A stretch of DNA of 64,000 nucleotides, taken from NCBI GenBank assembly GCA_030704615.1, contig CM060731.1:61318001-61382000 (forward strand), in the 5' to 3' direction. Under the pieces are notes generated by a model. That model made no database searches and was not told where the DNA came from. It saw nothing but the letters and a program-made list of their open reading frames with translations. How positions within the stretch are numbered: position 1 is the stretch's first letter; each line of letters starts with the position of its first letter. Positions 1 through 12,513 of the stretch are shown piece by piece. This DNA comes from Takakia lepidozioides (lineage: Eukaryota > Plantae > Bryophyta). A program made the translations under genes and the position numbers.

Positions 1-2
1 AA

Positions 3-752
3 TACTACTTTGACTCCCTCAGTCAAGATCATGGCATCACTCCAGCACAGGAGCACTTTGGCTCCATGGTGGACCTTCTTGGCCGTGCGGGGCGATTGGA
101 TGAGGCAGAGGACCTCATTAATAAAATGCCAATCAAACCAAATGCTGTGGTGTGGATGGCCTTGCTTGGTGCTTGCAGAATCCACGGCAATGTCCAGATG
201 GCTGAACGTGTGGCGACATCTATTCTCAAGTGGGATGAACAGGACGCCGCAACTTATGTGTTGCTATCAAACATCTATGCCGCAGCTGGCAGGTGGGACG
301 ATAGTGCAAAGGTGAGAAATATGATGAAGGTCAGAGGGGTTAGAAAGGAGCCAGGTCGCTGCTGCATTGAGATCAGCAACAGGGTGCACACCTTTGTTGG
401 AGATGAGAAATTGCATCCAAAAATTGAGGAAATCCATGCTGAGCTGGGAAGATTGTATGGTCAGATGAAGGAGGCAGGGTATGTGCCTGACAAATGCTTT
501 GTACCGCATGATGTGCAGCAAGAGGAAATTTCTCTTTGCCACCACAGTGAGAGGCTGGCCATTGGTTTTGGGCTGATCAGCACAGCCCCTAGGACGCCTC
601 TGCGTCTCATCAAGAATCTTCGGGTGTGTGGTGACTGCCACACCTCCACCAAGTTCATCTCAAAGATTGTTGGCCGAGCAATTGTTGTACGGGACGCTTA
701 CCGCTTTCACCATTTCGAAGATGGGGTTTGTTCTTGTGGCGATTACTGGTGA
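3..752 (+). CDS. PLS-class pentatricopeptide repeat protein with E/E+/DYW domain (organellar C-to-U RNA editing factor), 5'-partial
   Basis: Frame is open from base 3 (YYFDSLSQDHGITPAQEHFGSMVDLLGRAG). It shows E motifs (PNAVVWMALLGACRIHG, ATYVLLSNIYA), a PG box (KEPGRCCIE), deaminase motifs HSERLA and CGDCH, and ends in CSCGDYW-stop. Confidence 0.97.
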   Translation, partial: YYFDSLSQDHGITPAQEHFGSMVDLLGRAGRLDEAEDLINKMPIKPNAVVWMALLGACRIHGNVQMAERVATSILKWDEQDAATYVLLSNIYAAAGRWDDSAKVRNMMKVRGVRKEPGRCCIEISNRVHTFVGDEKLHPKIEEIHAELGRLYGQMKEAGYVPDKCFVPHDVQQEEISLCHHSERLAIGFGLISTAPRTPLRLIKNLRVCGDCHTSTKFISKIVGRAIVVRDAYRFHHFEDGVCSCGDYW

Positions 753-2149
753 AATAATGTATTTTTGGAAAGGTGCGAGTGTCTTGCGTCTCGCTTCTTT
801 CATTGATCTGCGTAGCTACTCAGTTTATCCACCATTTCTGAGGATATTGACTATGATGTACTGTTGAGGGCATTTCCTCTGGTATATCCACCTTCCAATA
901 GCCGGTAGTGGGGTCTACCCGGCACAGGTGGAAAGTCAGCCCAAAATTGCACGTGACTGGAGCAGGTAATGAGTGAATGGGGGATTTTGACTGACTCTGG
1001 TGAAGTGGAAGGAAATCAGAGTGATGTCCTAATTCTGGTGTGGATGGTGGAGTCTCTTCAAAGCTGGAAAATGAGAGCGAATACGATTCGTAACGAGCAT
1101 GATTAGAGGGCCAGCCTCGTGCACAAGTTTATTCAGCATCTTAAATGTGGACATGTTTGTATGTTTCTCATGGTGCTGCTGAAAGAGCCCATGACTAACT
1201 TGCATAAAAGTCTGCATAGTGATTATAATGGTATTTGGGTATTCTGTTATTGATTGATGCAGCATGAACGGGATTGCATGACTCCCTCACACTATAACAT
1301 CGGTTTGTGCTATTCAAGGTTGGGGGACAGAGTCCACCCCCACTTCAGAACACAATTGCCTACAGTTGAAGACCAGATTTTGGAGCATGTATGAAACAAT
1401 TGTTGATAGTTCATGCAGCGATTGGTGATACTGCTGGTGTTCTGGGAAGCAGGTGCTGAGTGCTGACATGAGGCCCAGCCAGTGTTCTCAAAAGCTGCTT
1501 GAGCTGCCGGTCTCCAACAAGCTGATCCCATGAAGGTCACCCACCCTGACCTTGCTGTTTAGTTGTAGGCCGTGCATGGGCCGGACCACTGTAACCCCTC
1601 ATTTCATTGGGGAACCGGCCAGCGAAGGCAGCGCTATATTCTGATGCAATTTCATGAAATTTTGGACTCTGAGCAGCCATAATTTTTCTCCCCTCTTGGC
1701 TCGGGTTGGACAGCTCTTACATTCAATCGGACCCGGGATTCATGAAGTTAGGAATGTTTGAATAAAAGTGTGCTACCCCAAACGGATGTTAGGGGTTAAC
1801 AATATGCCATGAATGGCGTTACAAGTTACAACCAACACACGACAGGGTTGATCAATTTGAAAATGGTTGCCGTGTAAATCAAGAAAAATGGCGATGTCTC
1901 AAGGCAAAGGCCGGACGTTTCCGACCGATATACTATTGAGTGATATGCTTAATTTCGGGATAATCACTAATAAATGGACTGCAATGGATGATTGAGGACT
2001 GCATTCCAAAACCGATGGACTCAAAGATGCATATATTGATAAGCAATTATACAACAGCAAAGAAAGTGGAACTTGGGAAGAATATTAATGAAAGAAAAGA
2101 AAATAGAAGAAGAGAGAAACAGCACAAAGATTTTTTTTGAATATTTTTT

Positions 2150-3590
2150 GAATGCTCGGAAATCATAACCCAGAGTCCTTAATAGAATTTTTGCTTTCAA
2201 TTTGGAAGGTTTTCCATTCAAAATTCCCTCCCCACCAATGTGTATATACTTATGGCTCTCTAAAAGATGCACATACTGGGTATGGTACATACTCTCCCAA
2301 TAACAACTCAAGAACATACAACCGTCTCCTAGGTTGTCATAATATTTTACGTACAGAACTCATGGCTATACATGATGCCTTGAAAGCTCTAACATGCCAT
2401 CTTGGTTCGACCAACTATTACCTCTTTACAATAGCTAAGTTAGTCTCTTTGTATCTCCTCTCTAACCAAAACCTTAAACCCTCCTCCCAATTTCATCATC
2501 TTGACCTTGAGCTCATTAAGGCCATCGTAGATATTGTACACTCATCCCCCATACAAATTCATCTCCACAAAGTCAGATCCCACACGTGTATAGGGTAATG
2601 AAATAGCATACCAACTTGCCCAACTTGGAACCATCCAACCTACTACTTATCCTACAATTGACCCTATTCACCTAGCATACACATATCCATTCTAATTGAC
2701 ATCCACTAAAGCCAGATTCCCAGACGTAGCCCCCATCCGAGACCGGCATGCATATATGGTAGAGGAAACTATGTATCAAATCCATGCATCGCCCACCTAT
2801 TTAAACACCCACATATCCAAAATGGGTACGTCACCACCTGAGCTGCTCCACGATATGTACGATCACTTCTGAAAATCTCCAGTAATCACTGATGCCCAAA
2901 TCAAACAAACACTCCGATCCCGATATGGGCAATACATTGGCAATCAACTACGTAATCAATTTTGACCTCTATTATATCCTCACAAGCAGTGCACGTTATG
3001 CTATTCCCACCCCCTCGGGTGGACATGTATGGCCGCATCTTCTTCTCCACTGTAAACATCCCATTATCCATGGACTTTAGTACATTACTCGGCATAATCA
3101 AGGAGTTGCAACTTCTTCTCACATACCCTAAATCTAAATGGTACAACCTCATTAATGCAGGCACATTTCAAGGTAGGCCACCAAACCACACAATACCCTC
3201 ATGGTTGCTACCGTGTACAATGTGCGTTAACCATACATGTCTATGTCTGGCAAGATTGCGTCAAGATATTCTTCTTGTCCAAGGACTCCCCATCTCGTCG
3301 GCAGTACCAACAGGTCCACTCCCCTCCCTCACTATTCATATCATTACATTTGTCATGAGAGAGATCCCGACCAATCCATTATGTTCTAGCCCTCCGTCAA
3401 TATGGATGGAACACGGCCCCTCTAACAATCATCACCGTTGGTGTGAGAGGGGGAGCTCAATGTCACAACAGTCTAATCCTAAAAGAAAACCTTAAACTAC
3501 CTCAGAAATATAGGTCCAACCCCCTATTATGATCATTACACTTCACAGCCACCACTTCGCTAACTACCACTATCCTCAACAAAAAAAAGA
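2150..3590 (+). mobile_element. Degenerate 3' part of a non-LTR retrotransposon with an RNase H domain
   Basis: ORF 2152-2598 has RNase H-like motifs (YTYGSL ~ YTDGS; RTELMAIHDAL; HKVRSHTCIG followed by NEIA in a shifted frame). Downstream fragments are frameshifted (CLARLRQDILLVQG) and an A-run lies at about 3581-3589. Confidence 0.65.
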
Positions 3591-5899
3591 TTGAAAGTGG
3601 CCAGCTTGCTACTTAGTAACTGGTTCTAGGCTAGTTACCAAAGAATCCACCCCCGGAAGGGCCAGTACCCACACGGCGAAGAGGCTCTTATTTAAGCTAG
3701 CGTCATATATATATATATATATATATAATGTATAGGGTAAGTCCCCCCAAAGAAGGCTTACCGCGGTGTGACGGGAGGAGTCCGAGGGCATAGCCTGAGG
3801 CACTACAACCCCGCACCAAGGTGTGACCGAGGGGGGGGGGACTTTCCCTACGTAAAGAGAGAGGGATCTTTCCCGCGGTGGATGGCTGAGATCTCTTGAA
3901 GATCTGGGTGAATGGCTCAGATCCCTAGAACCAAAATAAAAGAAATGAATTTGGAAAAGAAAAGATGATAGGGCGTACTAATCCACGGGACCTTACGCGT
4001 AAGATCCCCCGCCATAGGGATCTTACGCCGTAATGTCCTTGCCAGCTGGTGACATGATATTCCGTCAGATAATCCTGTGAATACAAAGGGAAAAAACTCA
4101 TAGGTTTTTAAGGATGAAAGGAGCCTTTGTAAAAATAGATGGATGCCAAACCTTTTCTAAACTGAAGTGGAATGACGAGCCAATGTTTAGTTGTGGCGTG
4201 TAGCGATAAGAAACACTCAAATTTAGAATGACTTTTGACTATTTTTAATAATAAATATGTGTTTGACATGGGCTGGTTTAGTTAATAAAGTAATATAATT
4301 TTTATAGCTTAATTTTTTTTAAATCAAAGGGAAACACATGGGAGCAACAGCTCACAAATCAGGCCCATGGTAATCGATGGGGTTTTAACTTTTTTCCCCT
4401 TTAATAGGTTTTCAATAAAGTTTTCAGGGCCTCTGTCCCCTGTTCATTAAAAATAATAATAATAAAATCAGGCTCCTTAATAGTGTGAGGAGAAAATAAC
4501 CTGTTTCACAATAACCTCGCCATGAAGGCGTAGAAATGGGACATCGCCATAGGGCCCACCTCCCATAGGGGGCAGTAGCCGTGAGGCGAAGTAGCTCTTA
4601 GTTACGCCGATTTCCGCCTGAGTCCTCTCTCTTTGGGACACCGCCCAAGGGAAGGGAAGGGGGAGAAGAGGCAATTTTAATCTAGGTGATAACTAAAAAG
4701 ATGATTAAAAGATAAAAGATAAACTGAAATATTTATAAATATAGGACATATGAACGTACAACATTGTTTTTAAGATCTATCTTTTCTTTGTTTATTGTCT
4801 AGAGACAATCAGAAGCTGGCAAGGGCAATCCAATATACGTTGCGGTGGGTTCAGAGTTCGGAGGTGGCGAGCCGGGAGGTATATAGGCACATTATTGTAG
4901 TAGTATTGTATGTGGTTCAAAGCCATGAAAAACAATTCTGGCTTGTGTTGATTGGGGGGATGATGGTAATCATTGTTAGTGTCTCAAGTTACAGCCTAAT
5001 TTGTCTTTGTCAAACAACAATATTATAGTGTTATATCCCTAAATACATGTAGATATGGGCACGTATGGGAAAAAAAGATTTCCCACAAAAGTATCAAAGA
5101 GGAGGCTGGCATGACATCATAATTCTGGAAAAATCCAAGCTGAGGTCATTTTTTAGATACCCATAAAAGACGCTTGAAAGCACCAAAACAGGTGGCGGCG
5201 GCGGCCGCCGAAGGCCATTGTGCGCTGGTAGTGCAAACACGTTTGAAGTGATGAGAACATGGTGAGGCTGCCTTGTTACATGTGTGTTGTATGTTTTGTG
5301 GGGGCCGGGATTTTCTGTTCTTAATTGAGATGTAACTCGGCGGAGGAGTGCTATCCATACAAACAATGTTTTGTTTGGTTATTAGTTGGTTATCATTATA
5401 TAGTTAGTTGTAGCCAGTTTTACAATTGGTCTTAGGATACCAACTGCTGCCTAATTTTTGTTTGTAGGCAAGACAAAAGACCACGTCGATAGGGGGCTAA
5501 ACCTTAATATCTTTTTAGTCAAATAGCCATATTGTTAATAGATAGAAATTGAATATTATTATTTTCAGCCAAATAGTCATATTGTTTAAAATTAAAAAAA
5601 TTAAAATAAAAACTTCGCTCACTATTGCAGAACTCTTTATGAAGAGTGCATGAAATTGAAGAGAATTCAACCTTGGAATGCAAATGAGGGAAGAAAACAT
5701 GGTTTTGGGTCCAGATGACATTTGTTCATTGCCAAATTTTGCACGCACATTGCACACACTGTCATTAAGCATGTGGCTTGAGAATGGAATAAAAAAAAAA
5801 ACATGTGCAGGTGAAACACAATTTTTCGTCTCTACGACACGTACCTATGTTCATCACTTGAATGACCCATTGAATGAACTTGGTTCAAGCTCATCTTTG

Positions 5900-6470
5900 G
5901 TCCACATGTGCTTAAGTATATCCAGATCACATATGCAAAGTCGCATGAACACCAATCTGCTTGCTTGTTTCCCACCAAGCCTGAATGCAACGACGGGTAC
6001 CTTCAATGATCTGAATAGAAACCACTACCTTGAGCTTTATGCAGCCTGATTTGTGGAGGGCTATCTCCCCCCCAATCCCTGAAAATAGCAATAACACCTT
6101 GATGCCAGGGAATCACTCCGTCCTGAGGTGTCGTAGATTGGCCCTTGCCAATCTGAACTCAACACAAACAGGCCTGCATCTTGTGTGTCATCCTCCACTC
6201 CTACGGGGGGCTCGCCAGTATCGATACGAGACAGGTGGTCCGCTACAAGGTGTTGCTTCCCCGGTTTGTAACTGATCGTGAAGGTGAATTCCATCAGTAG
6301 TAGTACTCACATCACTATCCGTCTTAAGAGAACCGGACGATTAACCAAGTAGACCAAGGCTTGGTGATCGACGTAGAAAACAAACTTGTTCGCCAATATG
6401 CAATGACGGAATTTTTGTACTGCATATATGATGGCCAACGCCTCCCACCAGCCATTAACCCCAAGGACAT
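5900..6470 (-). mobile_element. Ty3/Gypsy pol fragment (RNase H to integrase linker)
   Basis: EALAIIYAVQKFRHCILANKFVFYVDHQALVYL and MEFTFTISYKPGKQHLVADHLSRI are typical Gypsy RNase H motifs; the frame is broken. Confidence 0.85.
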
Positions 6471-6963
6471 GGCCATTCTGGCTGCCAGCCATTTAATTCA
6501 GTCCCTCTTCCATAGCAATTTGCCCCCCCTTCCCCCCACCTCCATCCAAAATCAGCGTTTGTCATTCTCTCCAAGAATGTTAAACCCTTCTGCAGCGGGT
6601 TCCCTTCGAAGGAGAGTTCTCGGATGTAGAGCTAGAGGAAGCCCTCAAAACACTTCAGAATAGCAAAACACCGGGACTGGATGGAACCCCAGTGGAATTT
6701 TACAATGCCGTATGAAAAGACATCATCAATGATTTTCTGCTCATGGCCAACTACATATTCCAGGAACATAGAATGCCCAGCCAGTTATCTCAATGCATTA
6801 TCATCCTCATCTTCAAGAAAGAGGACAGGACAAATATCGCCAACTACAGACCCATAACCCTGCTCAACGTTGCCTACAAAATCATCGCAAAAGCCCTAGC
6901 TATTCGCCTGCAGCCCCATCTTCCAACCATCATTCGTCCGAGTCAGACATGATTTATTAAAGG

Positions 6964-7585
6964 TGTCAGGGACGAGAACATGACTGAACACAAACAAGAG
7001 ATCAGACTAGAGATACAAGACTAGACAAGAAGTCAAGGTCGGCGTGGCCGAATGCACGATGAGTAAATAGGAATCAAGACGATTTTTATAACAATGAACA
7101 AGAGTACAAGATATTGAAACACGACTTGAATACTGGAATGCTGGAAACTGGACTGGGATACCAGATACTGGAAACTAGGCTAGAGTACTGGGAACTGGAC
7201 TAGAGTACGCCAGTATATAGGAGGCGAGACTGGACACTCTTCAGTTTCGCCAACACCAGTTCAAGCTACTCTTATTTCCAGTTTCCTCGAGAAGAGGTTT
7301 CTTGCTGGAGAAGTTTCCAAGATTAAACAAAGGTTTCTTGATGAAGAAGCTTCCTTAAACAAAAGAGGTATCTTGATGGAGAAGTTTCCTCCAAAAGAAA
7401 CTTCCTGAGTAGTTTCCCAAGTTACTCTTGGTAATTTGGTAAACTCTCGGTAACTTGGTAAGTAATGGTAAATCATGATAGATCATGGTAAATCACGGTA
7501 AGTCATGGTAACTTTCGGAAACATGGTAACTTTATAACTTCTGGTATTTACTCCTGGTAAGTTCATCTGGGCTATGTCCGTGACA
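6964..7585. mobile_element. Solo LTR (622 bp) inserted in the L1 RT
   Basis: Termini TGTCAGGGAC...GTCCGTGACA form a 10-bp inverted repeat with 1 mismatch. The 5-bp TSD AAAGG is at 6959-6963 and 7586-7590. Confidence 0.9.
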
Positions 7586-8136
7586 AAAGGAAGATACATA
7601 TTGGATAACCTTCTGCTCGCCCAGGAACTACCCTTCTATGCCAAAGAGACAAATCAAGCCATAGCCCTGTTCTTCCTAGACTTCGAGAATGCCTTCGATA
7701 GGGTAGAATGGTCATTTCTTTTAGGGGCCCTCCGCAGAATAGGCTTTCCGCAATTTTTCTGTGATCAGGTTAAAACCTTCCTCATGGGCTCTTCGAGTAC
7801 AGTTCTCGTCAATGGGTATCTTTCTAAACCATTCTCCCTGCTTCATTCTGCTCGCCAGGGATGCCCTCTATCCCCCTTTTTATTTCTGATAGCAATAGAC
7901 ACTTTGGGCCCGGGGGGTGCACTCCTCATTAAATGTACCAGCCACGTGCGTGCACAGGAGGGGGTATTTTAAACCCCCCCATGTACAACATTATACATAC
8001 AGAGGGGGGTTTAAAACACCTTAAATATAATTTTACAGGAGGGGGTTGTTGAGTTTTTAGGGATAGTGTAGTGGTAAGAATGGCGATTCCGCCGTGATGC
8101 ATCCCGACATCGAATAGTGTAATCGTCGTTTTGTAT

Positions 8137-8181
<45 letters not shown>

Positions 8182-8630
8182 CGCTCCACGATCTTTCTCC
8201 CCTGACCTCCCGCGGCTTTCTCTTTTCTTTCTCCTCCTCTCCCGCGTTCGCCTTCCCTTCCGCGGGCTTTCTCTTTTTCCTCCTCTCCTCTCCCCTCCTC
8301 TCCACAGGGCATGGTAGGACAATGTGGTGAGGGCACCAGAATGTGGTGAGGGCACTGACTTGGGAGAAGGTTTGAGGTTGTGATGTATGTAGAGGGCAGG
8401 AATCGAAGGGGATGAAGTAAGTGCGCGGGAATGTGGGGCAGGCCTGGGCTGATCGGTGATGATATGCGGGTGTGGTGGCGGATTGTTGTGCAGCAATGAC
8501 AGGAGGACATGGGCATCAAGATTCCCAGTCATCAGAGGTAATGAGCACATTAGGCCTATTTTCTTTCCTAATAATGATTGGCGTGACACAATGGTTGTAC
8601 TCACTGTATCAGGCCTATTCTCATCCTTAT

Positions 8631-11328
8631 TGAATCCAAACAGCCAGAGGGACAAGATGCCCCTAAGTGTACAGAACTTGAACGTCCTGAATCTGAAGGA
8701 TTTGGTACTCAAGAGTTTACACAATACGAGCAAAATCTACACATGGGGTAACTGTCCCCCCTTTGCAGAACGGTTGGGCGTCCAGGAGCAATCCCAAGCT
8801 ACCTAGACGACAAACAATTCACATGCAAAGGGCTGGCTTGCGGCTGGCCACTTTCAACTTCTCAGGGCTTACTAACCAAAGGAAACAACTCGAAGTGGGA
8901 CAAGTCCTTCGGACTAATGATATTCATATCTGTGCTGGGCAAGAAACATGGGAAACTTCGGATAAACTGGTTGGAGATGTCAATGGTTATAAATGGGCAG
9001 GTAGGATGTGTACTCTCAAGGCAGCCTCTGCCAAACGCGGTCAAAAAGGGGTTGGATTCTTTGTCCGTGATTTCTTGTTTGATAATTGTGAAATTATCAA
9101 CAAGGGTTTGAGGTACGAACATAATATCTGGCTAAAACTGAATATGAAGGGCGACATGAGTACGAAGGACCTCTTTGTGGGTTGTGTTTACATGCCCACA
9201 GAGGGGACCCTTAGTGCTGACGCAGACAAAGCCTTCGAAGATGTAAAGCTGGACTGTGCTTCGTTCCTTGCCAAAGGTCAGGTAGTGCTATTGGGTGACT
9301 TCAATGCCCGGGTGGGCAAAGGGCTCCATCAGGACGATATCATTGGGCCTTTTGGTGAGGATGAGCCCTCTATAAATAGTGCTGCAATTTGAAAACCAAC
9401 AGAGAATTGTGGGCGAGGTACTATCAGCTCCGGAAAGATATCAATCAGCTTGTTAGGTCTCAGAAGAAATTATACTGGGATAAGTTATACAGTGAAATAA
9501 ACTCAAACCACCATGGTGGTAATGACAAGAAATTATGGTTGGCCCTTCAACGTTTGTACAAGCCTAAAAACGGTCAGCAAGTACAAGCGCTGAAGACTAC
9601 TAAAGGTGCAGTGGTGACTTCATCGGTTGACATTGTCAAAACCTTTGAAAATCACTACAGTATCCTTGGCAGAACTTCTAGGTCTAACAGTGAGGGGTCT
9701 TCTGCTGAATGGAGGGACACAGTTGGAAAAATTGTTCCTATGATTCAAAACAGCCCTGATGAACTGGAGTATATTTCAATTGCTTATAACGCTCCCATTA
9801 GTTCTTCTGAGATTGTGGAAACAATTGAACATTTAAATGGATATAAAGCTGGTGGACCTGATGGTATTGTCAACGAGCTTATCAAGCACGGTGGCGATCC
9901 CATGATAGAGGCCCTAGTTCTCCTCTTTAACCTTATCTGGAAGACTGAAATGATCCCCTTTCGCTGGCGACAGGGGTCATTGTCAGTCTATACAAGAAGG
10001 GTGACAGAGAAGAACCGGGGAAACTACCGTGGCATCACACTCAGGAGTTGATTAATTGCGCGAAGAGATACTTTGATCTTTGGGGGCTAGAGGCTAATGT
10101 CAGCAAATGTGCAGTGGTAGCATTCAACGACAGAGGAGAGGGAGGAAGTGATCTTAAGTGGCAGTGGGGTAGCCAAGAGATCCCGGTCCTCCTTTCCTAC
10201 ACTTACCTGGGCGTTGAGTTTTCCTCCAATTGTAATTGGGATGCACATATCCGGAAAGTTGTTCGAACTGGCAAGGGCAAAGCTTTGGGGCTCACTAAAT
10301 TTTTCCACTGCAGAGGGGTCATCTCTGAGGTTAAGAAAACCATGCTTTGTCGCGTTATTAGACCTGCCTTGGAGTACGGATCTGCTATATGGGTTGATAA
10401 CTCCAACCAGGCTAAGTCTCTAGAATCCATTCAAGTGGGGGTGCTTAAGGAGTGTATGTCAGCATGCTCCAAAACAGCCAATGTGGCTGTTCGGGGTGAG
10501 TTTGGCATTCCATCCTTAAGCTCCCGACGAGATGAATTCAAGGTCAGATGGTGGGGTCAGCTGCAACATATGCCCAACACCAGATATCCTAAGTTGATTG
10601 ACTCTATATCTTGGAAACAGGACCGCCCTGTCAAACAGGCTAAGTCCTGGCAGAAGAGAGTAGAAAAGATTCTCAAGGACCTGGACCTGGATCCGCAAGT
10701 CTTGACCCTGCTGGATAAATCTGCCTTAGAGGCTGTAGTGTCTGAGGCCATGTCTATTGCCATGAGATTGTCTGATGAAAATGAAGTTAGGCAAAGAACT
10801 TCCCTGAACTTGTTTCCAGTCAGTGACATGGGGGTGGACATCTTGGATGACCTCAAGGGTCTACCCACTCTCGGCACTAGACTGAAATTTAAACTCAGGG
10901 CAGGAAGCCTACCTTTGAACAGCAAACAGAAGCAGAGAGGAAAGGGAGAGTGCAATTGTCCGTTGTGTGGGCAATCTGAAGACAGTATTCATTTTCTGAT
11001 AGGCTGTCCGGGTTCTCTCACCAAAGAGAGGCTCTCTTCAATTCTATCAAGGGAATTGTGCCTGTACCCTGTTTACCAACTTTGAAAGTCTCGAGGCTGA
11101 GCCAAAAGCCCAAGCCCTCCTGAGGCCTAGTTTTTGGGCAAATCACACACAGCAGATTGATGCTTGTGTGAATGGTTTTCTAGAGGATATCTGAAAATCC
11201 CGGATTAATTCCTTATACGATGGTAAGTCTTACTACCAACGTCAGCCCTGTTCCTTTTGTTCCCACTGAAACTGGGCGGCGGGGTCAATGGCCACAAGGC
11301 TACGGCAAACAACGTCTTATGAGTACAA
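8631..11328 (+). mobile_element. LINE (APE endonuclease, deleted RT core, C-terminal Cys motif) inserted inside the DNA transposon
   Basis: EEP motifs (TFNFSGL, GQETW, YMP, LLGDFNARVG); RT N-terminus (KAGGPDGIVNEL, NYRGITL) joined directly to the RT C-terminus (NVSKC, YTYLGV, RPALEYGSAIW); CPLCG..HFLIGCP. The 12-bp TSD TCTCATCCTTAT is at 8619-8630 and 11329-11340. Confidence 0.9.
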
Positions 11329-11769
11329 TCTCATCCTTATCATCCCTCGCCTTTTGGAAAATTCCAGCCATAATTGAAGGGCAATTGGTTGTTGTACTTA
11401 ACTGCACGAATGTTCCCCTTTCTGTTGGAATGAGCCGCACGTCCTTCCATGCTGACATACCCTTTCTTCTTCCTGCAGGATCCTTGCCCAGCCCTGTTAT
11501 TTCTATCATTTGTGCCATCATCTTGGCGTTTCCACAGCCTCCTCATTGCCAGTGAAGTGTTTCTTTCTCTTCCCTTTGTTTAAAGACACTCCAACTGTTA
11601 GCTGCAGTACCCTTCGCTGATTTCTTATTGCCTTGACCTCATGTATGTTTTCAATCATGTTTGAAGGGTGATCACTTGCTGCCATATGCATGACATGTGC
11701 ATGGAAGAGGAGGGTAATGATGTCAATGCCATAGATTCTATTTGTCCTCTTAATGCAGACACACATATT

Positions 11770-12513
11770 CAAAATGAGGTCGTGGAAGATGAATTGGTGT
11801 GCGGCTTCGAATTCAATGGAGGATGTTTTGAGCCAACCTTTGGATGATCATGCGGAAAGAGGTATTGTTCAAAGTGATTGAGACATACTCTGGATGTTGT
11901 CATTGATGAGTTTGAACAAGAGAAAGATGGATCGAAGGCAGTGGTTCCATTTGTCAAAGTTGACGGGAAGACCATATTCAAAAAGCACTTTGGTTAGCCA
12001 ACTCAATGGCAACCCTACTCTATCCAAGATAGATTGACACGAGTAAGAAGTGCATCGATGTTGTTTTGCCGAGGGGAAAAACAAACCAACTACCAGCAAC
12101 AAAGCCACGAGCTTGGGATGGGTTCGGATTGTGCTGTATTTTTTGTTGATGGGGAGACTGCGATCCAAACTACAAACAGGAAAGGTAGACCAGGGAAAAC
12201 CTGCAGAGGAGCAACCAAAGGCACTTGGTATTTGGGCAGGGTTCAAAGAATGCGGAAGAAAATCAATAAGCGGTTTGTAGAATGTAGGGATTCTGTTGAT
12301 TTATTGGAGCATCCTTCTCATATGGAGATTGGGTTAGCATGGTACCAAAAAATTCGAGGAGGGGTCTATACGTACGATTTGACGGATAACATGATGGTTG
12401 ATTTGGATTCCATTATCGCGTTAGCATGTTTAAAGTACAATGTCAAGTCAAACACATATGTTCTTGATGCAAATGACCGAAAAGTCTTAGACAACTTTAT
12501 CAAAGGCAAATAA
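11770..12513 (+). pseudogene. Probable C-terminal remnant of the protein encoded by the CCCGGG-TIR DNA transposon
   Basis: Frameshift-corrected reading VPFVKVDGKTIFKSTLVSQLNGNPTLSKDRLTRVRS leads into ORF 12034-12513, which ends just before the AT-rich subterminal region. No catalytic core is visible. Confidence 0.55.

Noticed and set aside
7929-8733. Poly-Lys and poly-Phe ORFs
   Set aside because: Artefacts of the ~45-nt T run and pyrimidine tract inside the DNA transposon.
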